Source: Gemmatimonadaceae bacterium
GTDB lineage: Bacteria; Gemmatimonadota; Gemmatimonadetes; Gemmatimonadales; Gemmatimonadaceae
NCBI GenBank assembly: GCA_035760455.1
Contig: DASTSX010000073.1
Coordinates: 1 to 57,942 of the forward strand
Length of the DNA stretch: 57,942 nt
Direction of reading: 5' to 3'
The notes under the pieces are model-generated. The model ran no database searches and was not told the origin of the DNA. It was given only the letters and a program-made list of their open reading frames with translations. This document shows positions 1 through 10,104 of the stretch, one piece after another (the stretch's first letter is position 1; every line of letters begins with the position of its first letter). Position numbers and translations under genes: made by a program.

Positions 1-117
1 GTCAGCGCGCACCGCTCTCGGGTTACCGTCGCGCGGCACGCGCGCGGATGGCACGAAAATTTCCTTTGCCACCGGTGAAGGAGAACGTCGCACGAAGTCG
101 CTGGGGGATACGGAGTC

Positions 118-771
118 ATGACGACGCTTCAACAGATCGAACTGCGCTGCCCGATCTGCGATACGCGCTTCAAGTCGCAGCAGGTGATCTCGACGAACTC
201 GTTCGGCGGGAAGCGCACCGACTTCCATGAGCGCGCCGCCGGCACGCAGCCGCTGCCTTTCCTGATTCACATGTGCAACCGCTGCGGGTACTCTGGGGCG
301 GAACGCGACTTCACCGAGGAAGCCGACGTGAGCGCCGGTCTGCGCGAGCACGTGTGGAACGAGCTCGCGCCGCAGATCTCGACGGGCGCTGCCCTCGGCT
401 CCGAGAAATACGAAGCGGCGGCGAAGGTCGCGGAATGGCAGGCGCTCGACGCCCGTCACATCGCTGACCTGCTGCTGCGCGCGGCTTGGTGCTGTGTCGA
501 CGAGTCCGATACCGAAGCCGAGCGATTCTTCCGGCGAAAGGCGGCGTGGAAGTTCGAGGAAGCGCTGTCGAGCTTCGACGGCGTGGCGCGCGAGGAGCGG
601 GCGGTGCTCACCTACCTGGTCGGCGAGCTCTGGCGACGAGTCGGGGACACGAAGCAGGCGGCGGCCTGGTTCAACCGGGTCCCGGCCGAGATCACGGATC
701 TCGGCACGCAGCAGTGGGTGCTGGACGCCGCGCGGCAGCAGCGCGACTGCCCACGCGAGTGGTTCGGATGA
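118..771 (+). CDS. DUF2225-like zinc-ribbon protein with helical (TPR-like) C-terminal region
   Basis: 217-aa ORF. It has an N-terminal CPIC ... CNRC four-Cys ribbon pattern followed by a helical region, which I associate with the DUF2225 family. GGAG lies just upstream of the ATG. A strong hairpin follows the stop. Confidence 0.6.
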   Translation: MTTLQQIELRCPICDTRFKSQQVISTNSFGGKRTDFHERAAGTQPLPFLIHMCNRCGYSGAERDFTEEADVSAGLREHVWNELAPQISTGAALGSEKYEAAAKVAEWQALDARHIADLLLRAAWCCVDESDTEAERFFRRKAAWKFEEALSSFDGVAREERAVLTYLVGELWRRVGDTKQAAAWFNRVPAEITDLGTQQWVLDAARQQRDCPREWFG

Positions 772-803
772 CGTTGCGCGGCTAGCGCGGCGCTCCGACC
801 GAC

Positions 804-840
804 CGAAGGGTGCGCTCGCTGGCTGCGAGCGCACCCTTCG
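804..840. terminator. Bidirectional terminator-like hairpin between convergent genes
   Basis: Perfect 16-bp stem: cgaagggtgcgctcgc (804-819) pairs with gcgagcgcacccttcg (825-840), with a 5-nt loop. It lies between the stop at 771 (+) and the stop at 862 (-). Confidence 0.6.
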
Positions 841-861
841 TGCATCCGGCGGGGGCGGTCG

Positions 862-1509
862 CTACCGGGTGCCGAACAACCGATCGCCGGCGTCGCCGAG
901 CCCGGGGAGGATATATCCCTGGGCGTTGAGCTCCCGATCGAGCGCCGCGCAGTAGACGACCACATCGGGATGCACGTCGGCGAGTCGACGCACGCCCTCG
1001 GGAGCAGCGACCAGACAGAGGAAACGGATGCGCGTCGCGCCGGCTCGTTTCAGCGACGCGACGGCCGCCGCGGCGCTGCCGCCGGTGGCCAGCATCGGGT
1101 CGAGGAGGAAGAAGTCGCGTTCCGCCGCGTCTCCGGGCACCTTGAAGTAGTAGTCGACTGGCTCGAGCGTATCGTGGTCGCGATAGAGGCCGATGTGTCC
1201 CACTCGTGCGGAGGGGACGAGCCGCGCGACTCCCTCGACCATCCCCAGCCCAGCGCGCAGGATCGGGACGAGCGTGAGCTTCTTGCCGCTCACCCGCATG
1301 CCGGTGGTGCGTTCGAGCGGCGTCTCGACGGGCGCCGGCTCGAGCGGCAGCTCGCTGGTGGCTTCGTACGCGATGAGCGTCGCGATCTCGTCGACCAGCT
1401 CCTTGAAGATCTTCGTCGGCGTCGTGCGTGCCCGAAGCAGTGACACCTTGTGCTGCACGAGCGGGTGCGAGACGATGCGCAGCGTGGGGAACGCAGGGGT
1501 GGTGTCCAT
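862..1509 (-). CDS. upp: Uracil phosphoribosyltransferase
   Basis: The C-terminal 215 aa of the 355-aa track ORF read [21 protein letters not shown]...[11 protein letters not shown]...[17 protein letters not shown], which is typical Upp with a PRPP-binding loop. Start trimmed to ATG 1509 (cat at 1507-1509). Confidence 0.9.
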   Translation of the reverse strand: MDTTPAFPTLRIVSHPLVQHKVSLLRARTTPTKIFKELVDEIATLIAYEATSELPLEPAPVETPLERTTGMRVSGKKLTLVPILRAGLGMVEGVARLVPSARVGHIGLYRDHDTLEPVDYYFKVPGDAAERDFFLLDPMLATGGSAAAAVASLKRAGATRIRFLCLVAAPEGVRRLADVHPDVVVYCAALDRELNAQGYILPGLGDAGDRLFGTR

Positions 1510-1536
1510 GGGGCAGAAGCTAGTAAGTTCGCGCCC

Positions 1537-1713
1537 ATGAAAGAATACCAAGCGGTGATGCTTCGTCTCACACGCCACGCGCGCGACGACGAGGACGCCC
1601 TCACCGATCTCCTGAACGAGCGAAGCCGCAGCGGGTGGCGACCCGCCCTCATGTCGCAGGACGAGCATCGGGTGACGCTGGTCTTCGAGCGTCCCGGCGA
1701 CGGCGAGAGCTGA
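1537..1713 (+). CDS. Small DUF4177-like protein
   Basis: 58 aa from ATG 1537: [11 protein letters not shown]...[22 protein letters not shown]. This resembles the small DUF4177 fold family. It starts only 27 bp from the divergent upp start and has no SD. Confidence 0.45.
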   Translation: MKEYQAVMLRLTRHARDDEDALTDLLNERSRSGWRPALMSQDEHRVTLVFERPGDGES

Positions 1714-1731
1714 CCCGAACCCCACAACCCG

Positions 1732-3144
1732 ATGGAGATCGAGTTCGCCGGCGCAGCGCGCGAGGTGACCGGTTCGTGCCACATCGTCCGCCTCAACGGC
1801 AGGACCGTCCTGCTCGACTTCGGCATGTTCCAGGGCAGACGGCGCGAGACCCGGGCGCGGAACGCGGCACTCCCGCTCGCGGTTCGCGAAATCGACGCCG
1901 TGGTCCTCTCGCACGCGCACATCGACCACGCGGGCCGGTTACCGCTCCTCACCGCGCATGGCTATGCGAGCCCGATCTACTGCACCGCTGCGACGCGCGA
2001 CCTCTCCGCCGTGATGCTCGCCGATTCGGCCCACATCCAGGAGAAGGACGCGGAATTCCTCGCCCGACGGAACCGCGAGGTCGTACCGCCGCTCTACGGA
2101 ATGCGTGACGCCACTACGGCGGTGGACCGGATGGTCGGCCTGCCGTACGACACGTGGTTCGACGTGGTCCCCGGGATGCGCGCGACGTTCACCGATGCCG
2201 GACACATCCTCGGCTCCGCGTCGGTCACCCTGGAGTGCATCGAGGGGGGCACGCGCAAGCGGATCGTCTTCTCGGGCGACATCGGCCGGAACGGGTTGCC
2301 GATCATTCGCAATCCCAAGCCCCCCGAAGGAGGCGCCGACGTCGTGCTCCTCGAGTCGACCTACGGCAATCGCGATCACCCACCGGTCGAGGGCGCGCGC
2401 GACCAGCTCGCGCGCGTGGTGGCCGAAACAGCCGCACGCGGCGGGCGGGTGCTCGTGCCGGCGTTCTCGGTCGGTCGCACCCAGGAGCTCGTCTACGACC
2501 TGCACGTCCTGGCGCGGGCGGGGAAGATCCCCGAGGTGCCGATCTACATCGATAGCCCGCTGGCGATCGACGCGACGACCGTGTTCGCGATGCATCCCGA
2601 GATCTTCGACCAGACCGAAGACCTGGTCCAGAAGGTCCAGGACCTGTTCCGGTTCCCACTGGTGCGCTACACACGCGATGCTACCGAGTCGAAGCAGCTG
2701 AACTCGCAGCACGGGCCGATGGTGATCATCGCCGCGTCGGGGATGGCGGAGGCCGGACGCATCCTGCACCATCTCGCACATGGCGCCGCGGATCCGCGGA
2801 ACACGATCCTCATCGTCGGCTTCCAGGCGGAGCACACCCTTGGCCGGCGGATCGTCGAGCGGGCGCCGATGCTGCGCGTCTTCGGCGACGAGGTCCCGCT
2901 GCGCGCCCAGGTCGAGGTGCTCGCTGGGTACAGCGCGCACGGAGACCGCCACGAGCTCCAACGATGGTTGGACAGCGTCCGCGACGGCGGCGCGCCAACG
3001 GGCACTCACCGGCGCGGGACGGCGCCCGACGTGTACCTGGTACACGGCGAGCCAGAGGCGCAGGACGCCTTTGCCGGCCAGCTGCGCGCTGCGGGCTACC
3101 CTTCCGTGGAAGCACCGATTCCGCACAGGAAGATCGCCCTGTGA
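1732..3144 (+). CDS. MBL-fold beta-CASP family hydrolase (RNA-metabolising metallo-beta-lactamase type)
   Basis: 470 aa. It has the HAHIDHAG (HxHxDH) motif, the N-terminal EVTGSCH motif and a C-terminal GYSAHGD motif typical of beta-CASP nucleases. Confidence 0.85.
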   Translation: MEIEFAGAAREVTGSCHIVRLNGRTVLLDFGMFQGRRRETRARNAALPLAVREIDAVVLSHAHIDHAGRLPLLTAHGYASPIYCTAATRDLSAVMLADSAHIQEKDAEFLARRNREVVPPLYGMRDATTAVDRMVGLPYDTWFDVVPGMRATFTDAGHILGSASVTLECIEGGTRKRIVFSGDIGRNGLPIIRNPKPPEGGADVVLLESTYGNRDHPPVEGARDQLARVVAETAARGGRVLVPAFSVGRTQELVYDLHVLARAGKIPEVPIYIDSPLAIDATTVFAMHPEIFDQTEDLVQKVQDLFRFPLVRYTRDATESKQLNSQHGPMVIIAASGMAEAGRILHHLAHGAADPRNTILIVGFQAEHTLGRRIVERAPMLRVFGDEVPLRAQVEVLAGYSAHGDRHELQRWLDSVRDGGAPTGTHRRGTAPDVYLVHGEPEAQDAFAGQLRAAGYPSVEAPIPHRKIAL

Positions 3145-3722
3145 TCGAGCGCGCCGGCACCGGAGCGCAGGCCGGAGCGCGGGGGCGCATCGTCAACGCC
3201 GGGGTTCGCTGCATCGCACGCGAGGGGGTGGCCGGAGCCAGTATGGCGGCGATCGCCCTCGAAGCCGGGGTGAGCAAGGCGCTGCTGCACTACCATTATC
3301 ATGATCGCGCGACGCTTCTCGCCGAGATCGTGGAGCGGATCAGCGGGGGCACGATCGAGCGGGAACGCGCCGCCGTCGACGAGAGCACCGCTGGGGGGCT
3401 CGATGCACTCTGGCGATGGCTGGAGGGGGAGCTACGCCGAGGCGAGCTGGCCGCGCTCGCGGAGCTCGCACTGGTCCGCGAGGGGCCCGTCCGCCGAGCG
3501 ACGCGCGCGGCGGCGAGCGACCGGCGCCGGAGCGCCGCGCGCACGATCGAGCGGCTGTTCGCCGAGTTGGATCTCACCCCCCGGGTTCCCGCGCCGCTGC
3601 TGGCCGACGCCGCCGTCGCATTCATCGACGGGCTCGCACTGGACGTGGCCAGTGGCTCGACCCGCGAGCCGCGGGTCAGCTACGACATCTTCTGGCTCGC
3701 GCTCCTCGGCCTGACCGAATGA
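3141..3722 (+). CDS. TetR family transcriptional regulator
   Basis: GTG 3141 overlaps the upstream TGA (GTGA). The HTH segment is GVAGASMAAIALEAGVSKALLHYHYHDRATLL. The track ORF 2964..3722 is over-extended at the N-terminus. Confidence 0.8.
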   Translation: MIERAGTGAQAGARGRIVNAGVRCIAREGVAGASMAAIALEAGVSKALLHYHYHDRATLLAEIVERISGGTIERERAAVDESTAGGLDALWRWLEGELRRGELAALAELALVREGPVRRATRAAASDRRRSAARTIERLFAELDLTPRVPAPLLADAAVAFIDGLALDVASGSTREPRVSYDIFWLALLGLTE

Positions 3723-3772
3723 GCAAGATCTTACCTATCGCCGGCGCGCGAGGCACGGCTAGCTTGCACTGA

Positions 3773-4381
3773 ATGCGTTCGTCGCGCCCACCCGTCGTGC
3801 GCCTCGCGCTCGCGGGGCTGGGTCTGCTGCTCGTCGTCTGGATGGCATCGCTCGGCGCCGTCCTGGCGTGGGAGCGACACGACCAATCGCGCCCGGTCGG
3901 CGCGATCGTGGTGCTCGGTGCGGCGCAGTACGTCGGCCGACCGTCGCCCGTACTCCGGGCGCGGCTCGACCACGCGATCGCACTGTGGCGTCGGGGACTG
4001 GCACCCATCATGATCGTGACCGGCGGAACCGGGACGGGGGACACTACGAGCGAAGCCGCGGTGAGCCAGCGCTACGTCGTGCAGCACGGAGTTCCCGAAC
4101 AGGCGGTCCTCCTCGAGACGGAGGGGCGAACCACCAGCGAATCGATGGCGGGGGTCTCCGCGCTCATGAACAGCCAGAGCCGTCGCGACGTATTGCTGGT
4201 GAGCGACCCCTTTCACATGCTGCGCCTCACGATTCTGGCGCGACGTCACGGGCTGGTACCGTACGCCTCGCCGACGCCGACCAGCCCGATTGCCGCGAGC
4301 CCGACCGAGCGATGGAAGTACGCGTTGAGCGAATCGGTGAAAGCGCCGTTGGCCTTCATCCTGGAGAGGAACGACCGGTGA
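3773..4381 (+). CDS. DUF218 (YdcF/ElyC-like) membrane-anchored protein
   Basis: 202 aa with an N-terminal TM helix. IVVLGAAQY...IMIVTGG...LLVSDPFHMLR is characteristic of the DUF218 family. Confidence 0.8.
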   Translation: MRSSRPPVVRLALAGLGLLLVVWMASLGAVLAWERHDQSRPVGAIVVLGAAQYVGRPSPVLRARLDHAIALWRRGLAPIMIVTGGTGTGDTTSEAAVSQRYVVQHGVPEQAVLLETEGRTTSESMAGVSALMNSQSRRDVLLVSDPFHMLRLTILARRHGLVPYASPTPTSPIAASPTERWKYALSESVKAPLAFILERNDR

Positions 4382-5748
4382 TCTCGCGTCATTGCGTAGC
4401 ATTCTGCGCATTAATAGCCGCCGCCGTGCCGGGACCCACGGCGCGTGCGCAGAGCGTGCCGAAGCTGCAGTTCGAGAAGCTCACGCTGCCGAATGGGCTC
4501 CAGGTGATCCTGCACGAGGACCACTCGACGCCGATCGTCGTCGCGAACACGTGGTACCGCGTCGGCTCGGGCGACGAGAAGCCAGGACGCACCGGGTTCG
4601 CGCACCTGTTCGAGCACCTCATGTTCCTGGGATCGCAGAACGTGCCCCAAGGCCAGTTCGACAAATGGCTCGAGGAAGTCGGCGCTGACAACAACGGCAC
4701 CACGGACTTCGATCGAACGACCTATTACGAGCAGCTTCCGTCGAACGCGTTGCCGCTCGCGCTCTGGCTCGACGCCGACCGCATGGGCAACCTGCTGCCC
4801 GTGATGACGCAGGCCAAGCTCGACCTGCAGCGCGACGTGGTGAAGAACGAGCGTCGGCAACGCTACGACAACGTGCCATACGGGCGGGCGAACGAGACGA
4901 TCTGGGCGACGCTCTTTCCCGCGACGCACCCCTATCACTGGCCTCCCATCGGCTCGATGGCGGACCTCAGCGCGGCGTCGCTCGACGACGTGAAGGCATT
5001 CTTCCGCACGTACTACGCGCCGAACAATGCCACGCTCGTGATCGCGGGCGACTTCAATCGCGATTCGGCCGTCACCTGGGTGAACCGCTACTTCGGGAGC
5101 ATCCCGCGCAACCCGCAAGCACCGGTGCGCCCCACGGTACCGGCGTTCTCGATCCCGCGTGACACCTTCCTCGTACAGGAGGACAAGGTGACGCTGCCAC
5201 GGCTCTACCAGACGTGGCACACGGTGAAGCTCTTCCACGAGGACGACGCCGTGCTCGACGTCCTCGCGGACGTGTTGGCGGGTGACAAGAACTCGCGCCT
5301 CTACAAGCGCCTCGTATTCGACATGCAGGTCGCGCAGGATGTCAATGCGTACCAGTTCAGCGGTCGCCTCGACGGCTACTTCCAGATCATCGTCACACCC
5401 AAGCCCGGCCAGACGCCGACGCAAATGGCGCAACTCGTCGCCGAGGAGCTCGGCAAGGTCGTCCGCGATGGGGTCACCCCACGCGAGCTCGCCCGCTCGC
5501 TCAACAGCCGGCGCGCGTCGTTCCTCGATCAGCTCGCGTCGGTACTCAACAAGGCGGATCGTCTCGCCTCCTACGATTACAACGCGGGGACGCCCGACTA
5601 CGCGCAGCAGGATTTCGCGCGCTACGAGCGCGTGACGGCGGCCGACGTCCAGCGTGTCGCGGCCAAGTACCTCAACCAGCCGAGAGTGGTGCTCACCGTG
5701 GTTCCCGAAGGCAGACGACAGCTGATGGTCACGGGAGGTGCGAAGTGA
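4378..5748 (+). CDS. M16 (pitrilysin) family zinc peptidase, catalytic-type subunit, secreted
   Basis: GTG 4378 overlaps the DUF218 stop (GTGA). The N-terminal signal-like segment is CALIAAAVPGPTARAQS. The HLFEHLMF (HxxEH) zinc motif is present. Confidence 0.85.
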   Translation: MISRHCVAFCALIAAAVPGPTARAQSVPKLQFEKLTLPNGLQVILHEDHSTPIVVANTWYRVGSGDEKPGRTGFAHLFEHLMFLGSQNVPQGQFDKWLEEVGADNNGTTDFDRTTYYEQLPSNALPLALWLDADRMGNLLPVMTQAKLDLQRDVVKNERRQRYDNVPYGRANETIWATLFPATHPYHWPPIGSMADLSAASLDDVKAFFRTYYAPNNATLVIAGDFNRDSAVTWVNRYFGSIPRNPQAPVRPTVPAFSIPRDTFLVQEDKVTLPRLYQTWHTVKLFHEDDAVLDVLADVLAGDKNSRLYKRLVFDMQVAQDVNAYQFSGRLDGYFQIIVTPKPGQTPTQMAQLVAEELGKVVRDGVTPRELARSLNSRRASFLDQLASVLNKADRLASYDYNAGTPDYAQQDFARYERVTAADVQRVAAKYLNQPRVVLTVVPEGRRQLMVTGGAK

Positions 5749-7268
5749 GCCGCATCCTTCATGTCACGACCCTTCGTGCCGCGACGGCGACGGGCATCGT
5801 CACGCTCCTGGCGGCGTGCGCGGGACCACACGTCGTCACGACACCCCCGCCCGTGCCCGTGAGCACGACGAGACCAAGCGCGGCGGCGACGATCGATCTC
5901 ACGAAGCCGCCGACGCTCGGTGCGCCACCGTCGCTGACGCCGCCCCAGATCACCACGCGCGAGCTCCCGAATGGGCTCAAGATCGTCGTCCTCGAGCAAC
6001 ACGAGCTGCCGCTCGTCGACGTCATGTTGCAGGTCCGCTCGGGCGGCGAGAGCGATCCGGCGGGCAAGACTGGGATGGCCGCCCTCGTCGCCGCGATGCT
6101 ATCCGAGGGCACGACGAATCGCACGGCGCTGCAGATCGCCGATCAGGCGGCATTTCTGGGGATCCAGCTCAACGCCTCGAGCGGGTGGGAGCAGAGCACG
6201 GTCTCGCTCCACGCGCCGACCGCGCAGCTCGACAGCGCACTGGCACTGTTCGGCGACGTGGCGCTGCGGCCGAGCTTTCCGGCGGCCGACCTCGAGCGCG
6301 TGCGCAAGGTGCGCCTGACGGCGCTGCAGCAGTTGCGCGATCGCGCCCCGGCGATCGCCGACCGCGCGTTCGCGCACGCCGTCTTCGGCGATCAGCACCC
6401 CTACGGTCGCCCGCTCGCGGGCACGGAAGGCTCGCTCGCCTCGATTACCCGCGATGACGTTCAGCGCTTCTACACGACATACTATCGGCCGAACAATGCC
6501 ACCCTGCTCGTCGTGGGCGACGTCCGGCCGGACGACGTGGAGCGCCGCGCGAGAGAGCTGTTCGGCTCCTGGGCGCGTGGTACCGTGCCGCCGCCGCCGG
6601 CGACCACGCCGAACGCCGCGAGGGGCACGCGCGTCGTGATCGTCGACAAGCCAGGTGCGGCACAGACGTCGTTCCGGCTCGGTGGCATCGGTGCGCCGCG
6701 CTCGACGAGCGATTACTTCCCGCTGCAGGTGATGAACACGATCCTCGGCGGCTCGTACACGAGCCGGCTCAACGCCAACCTGCGCGAGACGCGCGGCTAC
6801 ACGTACGGCGCGGGCTCGGGCTTCGGGCTGCGTCGCTCGGCGGGGCCATTCATCGCCAGCGCGGAAGTCGTCACGGCGAAGACGGACTCGGCCATGATCG
6901 AGTTCGTCAAAGAGCTCCGCGCGATCCGCGACACGGTGCCAGCTGACGAATTGGCAAAGGCGAAGCGATACCTGCAGCTCGGGCTGCCCAGCAGCTTCGA
7001 GACGACGCAGGGGATCGCCCAAGAGTTCCTGCCGCTGATCGCCTACGGAATCCCACTCGACTTCCACGCGTCGGCCGTACAGCGCTACGGCGCAGTCACG
7101 CAGGCCGACGTCCAGCGCGTGGCTCGGCAGTACGTAGACCCCGACCGGTTGACGATCGTCGTCGTCGGGGATCGGAAGGTGATCGAACCGGGCATCCGTG
7201 CGCTCAATCCGGGCGAGATCATCACGCGCGACGTCCGGGACGTGCTCGGGGCGCCCCCCACGCCCTGA
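5745..7268 (+). CDS. M16 family peptidase, non-catalytic partner subunit, lipoprotein
   Basis: GTG 5745 overlaps the upstream stop. It has a lipobox-like LLAACAG. It shows M16 fold similarity (NGLKIVVLEQHELPLV, RETRGYTYGA) but lacks HxxEH. Confidence 0.8.
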   Translation: MSRILHVTTLRAATATGIVTLLAACAGPHVVTTPPPVPVSTTRPSAAATIDLTKPPTLGAPPSLTPPQITTRELPNGLKIVVLEQHELPLVDVMLQVRSGGESDPAGKTGMAALVAAMLSEGTTNRTALQIADQAAFLGIQLNASSGWEQSTVSLHAPTAQLDSALALFGDVALRPSFPAADLERVRKVRLTALQQLRDRAPAIADRAFAHAVFGDQHPYGRPLAGTEGSLASITRDDVQRFYTTYYRPNNATLLVVGDVRPDDVERRARELFGSWARGTVPPPPATTPNAARGTRVVIVDKPGAAQTSFRLGGIGAPRSTSDYFPLQVMNTILGGSYTSRLNANLRETRGYTYGAGSGFGLRRSAGPFIASAEVVTAKTDSAMIEFVKELRAIRDTVPADELAKAKRYLQLGLPSSFETTQGIAQEFLPLIAYGIPLDFHASAVQRYGAVTQADVQRVARQYVDPDRLTIVVVGDRKVIEPGIRALNPGEIITRDVRDVLGAPPTP

Positions 7269-7384
7269 CATCGGCCTCCGAGGAAGTCGAACGGGGCGTG
7301 CCATCCGGTGCGCCCCGTTCGTGCGTCTGGCGCGAGAGGTGCGGAGCTTCGCGCGCCTGCCCGGTACCCCATACCGGCTCACGG

Positions 7385-8713
7385 ATGCAGCTTACGTCAA
7401 TGCAGATACCCATCGAGACCTACGAGCTCGACAACGGATTGTTGGTCGTCCTCTCGGAGGATCATACGGCGCCGCTCGTGGCCGTGAACCTCTGGTACCA
7501 CGTCGGATCGGCGAACGAGCGACCAGGTCGCACGGGGTTCGCTCACCTGTTCGAGCACATGTTGTTTCAGGGCTCGGCGAGCGTCGGCGCGAACGAGCAC
7601 TTCGAGCTCGTGCAGCGCGCGGGCGGCACGCTCAATGGCTCCACGTGGCTCGACCGCACCAACTACTACGAGACGGTTCCGTCGAACCAGCTCGAGCTCG
7701 CCCTCTGGCTCGAGGCGAACCGCATGGGCTACCTGCTACCGGCGATGACGCAGCAGAAGCTCGACACGCAGCGTGACGTCGTGCAGAACGAACGGCGCTG
7801 GTCGATGGACAACCAGCCATACGGCTCCTGGTGGGAGCGGTTGCCGGCACTCTGCTTCCCGCCAAGCCATCCGTTCCACCACTCGCTGATCGGCTCGATG
7901 AGCGATCTCGACGCGGCGAGCCTGGAAGACATCGAGCAGTTCTTCACCACGTACTACACGCCCGACAACGCGGTGCTCTCGATCGCCGGGGACTTCGACC
8001 GCGACGAGGCCAAGCGGCTCGTCGAGCGCCACTTCGGCCCGATCCCGCGCGGCAAGGGGAAGCCTCCGCTGCCGGACATGACACTGCCGCTCTCGCTAGG
8101 CGGTCCACTGCGTGAGGTGGTGCCGGACGACGTCGTGCTGCCGCGCCTGTTCCTCGCGTTCCGATCCCCGGTCTTCGGGAGCGAGGAGTACTACGCGGCG
8201 AGCGTGTGCGGGGCGATCCTCGGCCTCAAGAAGGGAAGCCGCCTGCATCGGCGGCTTGTCCGGGAGAGACAGCTCGCCGCCGAGGCGCAGGCGTTCACGT
8301 ACGATCTCACGAAAGGAAGCGACCTGCTGGTGCTCGATGTCACGGCCCGTCCGGAAACGTCGTCCGAGGAGCTGGAGCGCGCGGTGCACGAGGAGGTCGA
8401 CCGCTTGCGCGACGATGGAGTCACGGCGGAGGAGGTGGCACGCGCCGTGACGCTGGTCGAGACCGAGCTGATCGTCGCGCTGCAGTCGGCGGGCGATCGG
8501 GCCGACAAGCTCTCTCTGTTCGCGACGTACTTCGGTGATGCGTCGCTCGTGAACGTGCAGGGCGCGCGCTACCGTGCGGTCACGGCCGAGCGTGTCAATG
8601 CGTTCGCGCGCGCGCGGCTCGGCGCGGACAATCGCGCGAGCCTGCTGTACGTCCCACGCGAGACAGTGAATGCGTCGACGTCGCGGGAGCTCGCTGAGGC
8701 GGGCGCACGATGA
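7385..8713 (+). CDS. M16 family zinc peptidase, catalytic-type subunit, no signal peptide
   Basis: ATG 7385 (alternative ATG 7400). ETYELDNGLLVVLSEDHTAPLVAVNLWYHVGSANE and the HLFEHMLF (HxxEH) motif are present. No hydrophobic N-terminus is visible. Confidence 0.85.
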   Translation: MQLTSMQIPIETYELDNGLLVVLSEDHTAPLVAVNLWYHVGSANERPGRTGFAHLFEHMLFQGSASVGANEHFELVQRAGGTLNGSTWLDRTNYYETVPSNQLELALWLEANRMGYLLPAMTQQKLDTQRDVVQNERRWSMDNQPYGSWWERLPALCFPPSHPFHHSLIGSMSDLDAASLEDIEQFFTTYYTPDNAVLSIAGDFDRDEAKRLVERHFGPIPRGKGKPPLPDMTLPLSLGGPLREVVPDDVVLPRLFLAFRSPVFGSEEYYAASVCGAILGLKKGSRLHRRLVRERQLAAEAQAFTYDLTKGSDLLVLDVTARPETSSEELERAVHEEVDRLRDDGVTAEEVARAVTLVETELIVALQSAGDRADKLSLFATYFGDASLVNVQGARYRAVTAERVNAFARARLGADNRASLLYVPRETVNASTSRELAEAGAR

Positions 8714-10104
8714 CCGAGACGGCCAAGCGTGAGAACGTACCGGCGCCGCGGCCCAGCCCCACCGCGCCGCGCACCTATCGATTCCCGCACTTCGAGCGGA
8801 TGACGCTGCCGAACGGCCTGCGGCTCGTCGTCGCTCCGGTCTCCAAGCTTCCGCTCGTATCGGTCACGGCCGTCGTCGATGCCGGCGCATCCACCGAGGG
8901 TGAAGGGCAGAACGGCGTTGCCGCCCTCACCGCGCAGCTGCTCCTCGAAGGGGCCGCCGGACTGGACGGCGCGGCGCTCACCGAGCGATTCGAGCGAATC
9001 GGCACCTCGGCGGACGCACACGCGGACTGGGATGCGGCGACGGTCTCGCTCACGGTGCTGGGGGAACGCCTTCCCGAGGCGCTCAGCCTCGTGCGCGACC
9101 TTCTCCGGGCTCCCGAGTTCCCCGAGCGCGAGGTGGCACGACTGAAGGACGAGCGGCTAGCCGAGCTGCTGCAGCTTCGCGCCGAGCCGCGAGCGCTGGC
9201 GGACGAGCACTTCTCCCGCGCCGTGTACGCGCCCTCCGCGCGGTACGCGGCGCCGGCTGGCGGCGACGCGGCAAGCGTTCGGACGCTGACCGGCGAGCTG
9301 GTGCGGCGCTTCTATGCTCAGCGCTATCGGCCGGCGACGACGACGCTCGTGTTCGCCGGCGACGTGAGCGTGGAGCGTGCAGCCGGGCTCGTGATCGAAC
9401 TGTTCGATGACTGGCGCGGCGAGCCGATGTCTCCGAACCCGCGTGCCGTCGACGCCTCCCCACCCACGCGGCTCGCGCGTGTCGTCGCCAAGACCGATGC
9501 GCCGCAGTCGGAGGTGCGAGTCGGTCACGTCGGACTTCCGCGCCGACACCCAGACTATTTCGACGCAACGGTCATGAACGCCGTGCTGGGCGGTCTGTTC
9601 TCGTCGCGCATCAACTTGAATCTGCGGGAAGCGCACGGCTACACGTACGGTGCATTCTCCGCCTTCGAGTGGCGACGGGGCGCAGGTCCATTCACGATTC
9701 AGACCGCCGTGAAGAGCGACGTGACGGGCGCCGCGGTGCGCGAGATCCTGCACGAGATCGAGCGCATGCGCAGCGAGGAGATCGGCACGGACGAGCTGAC
9801 TCTGGCGACGAGCTATCTCGACGGCGTATTTCCGATCCGCTACGAGACCACGGCGGCGATCGCTACGGCGCTCTCGAACCTCGTGATCCACGAACTTCCC
9901 GAGCACTTCTACGACGAGTATCGCATGCGAGTTCGCAGCGTCACGACGGAGGGCGTGCTGCGTGCGGCGCAGCAGCATCTGCACCCCGACCAGCTGCGCA
10001 TCGTCGTGGTGGGCGACCCCGCCGTGGTCGCGCGGCCGCTGGCCGAGATCCACGGCGCGCCCGTGGAAGTCGTGACTCCGGAAGGTGCCGAGGTGGCGGC
10101 GTGA
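8710..10104 (+). CDS. M16 family peptidase, non-catalytic partner subunit
   Basis: ATG 8710 overlaps the upstream TGA (ATGA). It shows M16 fold similarity (LPNGLRLVVAPVSKLPLVS, REAHGYTYGA) with no HxxEH and no signal peptide. Confidence 0.8.
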   Translation: MTETAKRENVPAPRPSPTAPRTYRFPHFERMTLPNGLRLVVAPVSKLPLVSVTAVVDAGASTEGEGQNGVAALTAQLLLEGAAGLDGAALTERFERIGTSADAHADWDAATVSLTVLGERLPEALSLVRDLLRAPEFPEREVARLKDERLAELLQLRAEPRALADEHFSRAVYAPSARYAAPAGGDAASVRTLTGELVRRFYAQRYRPATTTLVFAGDVSVERAAGLVIELFDDWRGEPMSPNPRAVDASPPTRLARVVAKTDAPQSEVRVGHVGLPRRHPDYFDATVMNAVLGGLFSSRINLNLREAHGYTYGAFSAFEWRRGAGPFTIQTAVKSDVTGAAVREILHEIERMRSEEIGTDELTLATSYLDGVFPIRYETTAAIATALSNLVIHELPEHFYDEYRMRVRSVTTEGVLRAAQQHLHPDQLRIVVVGDPAVVARPLAEIHGAPVEVVTPEGAEVAA

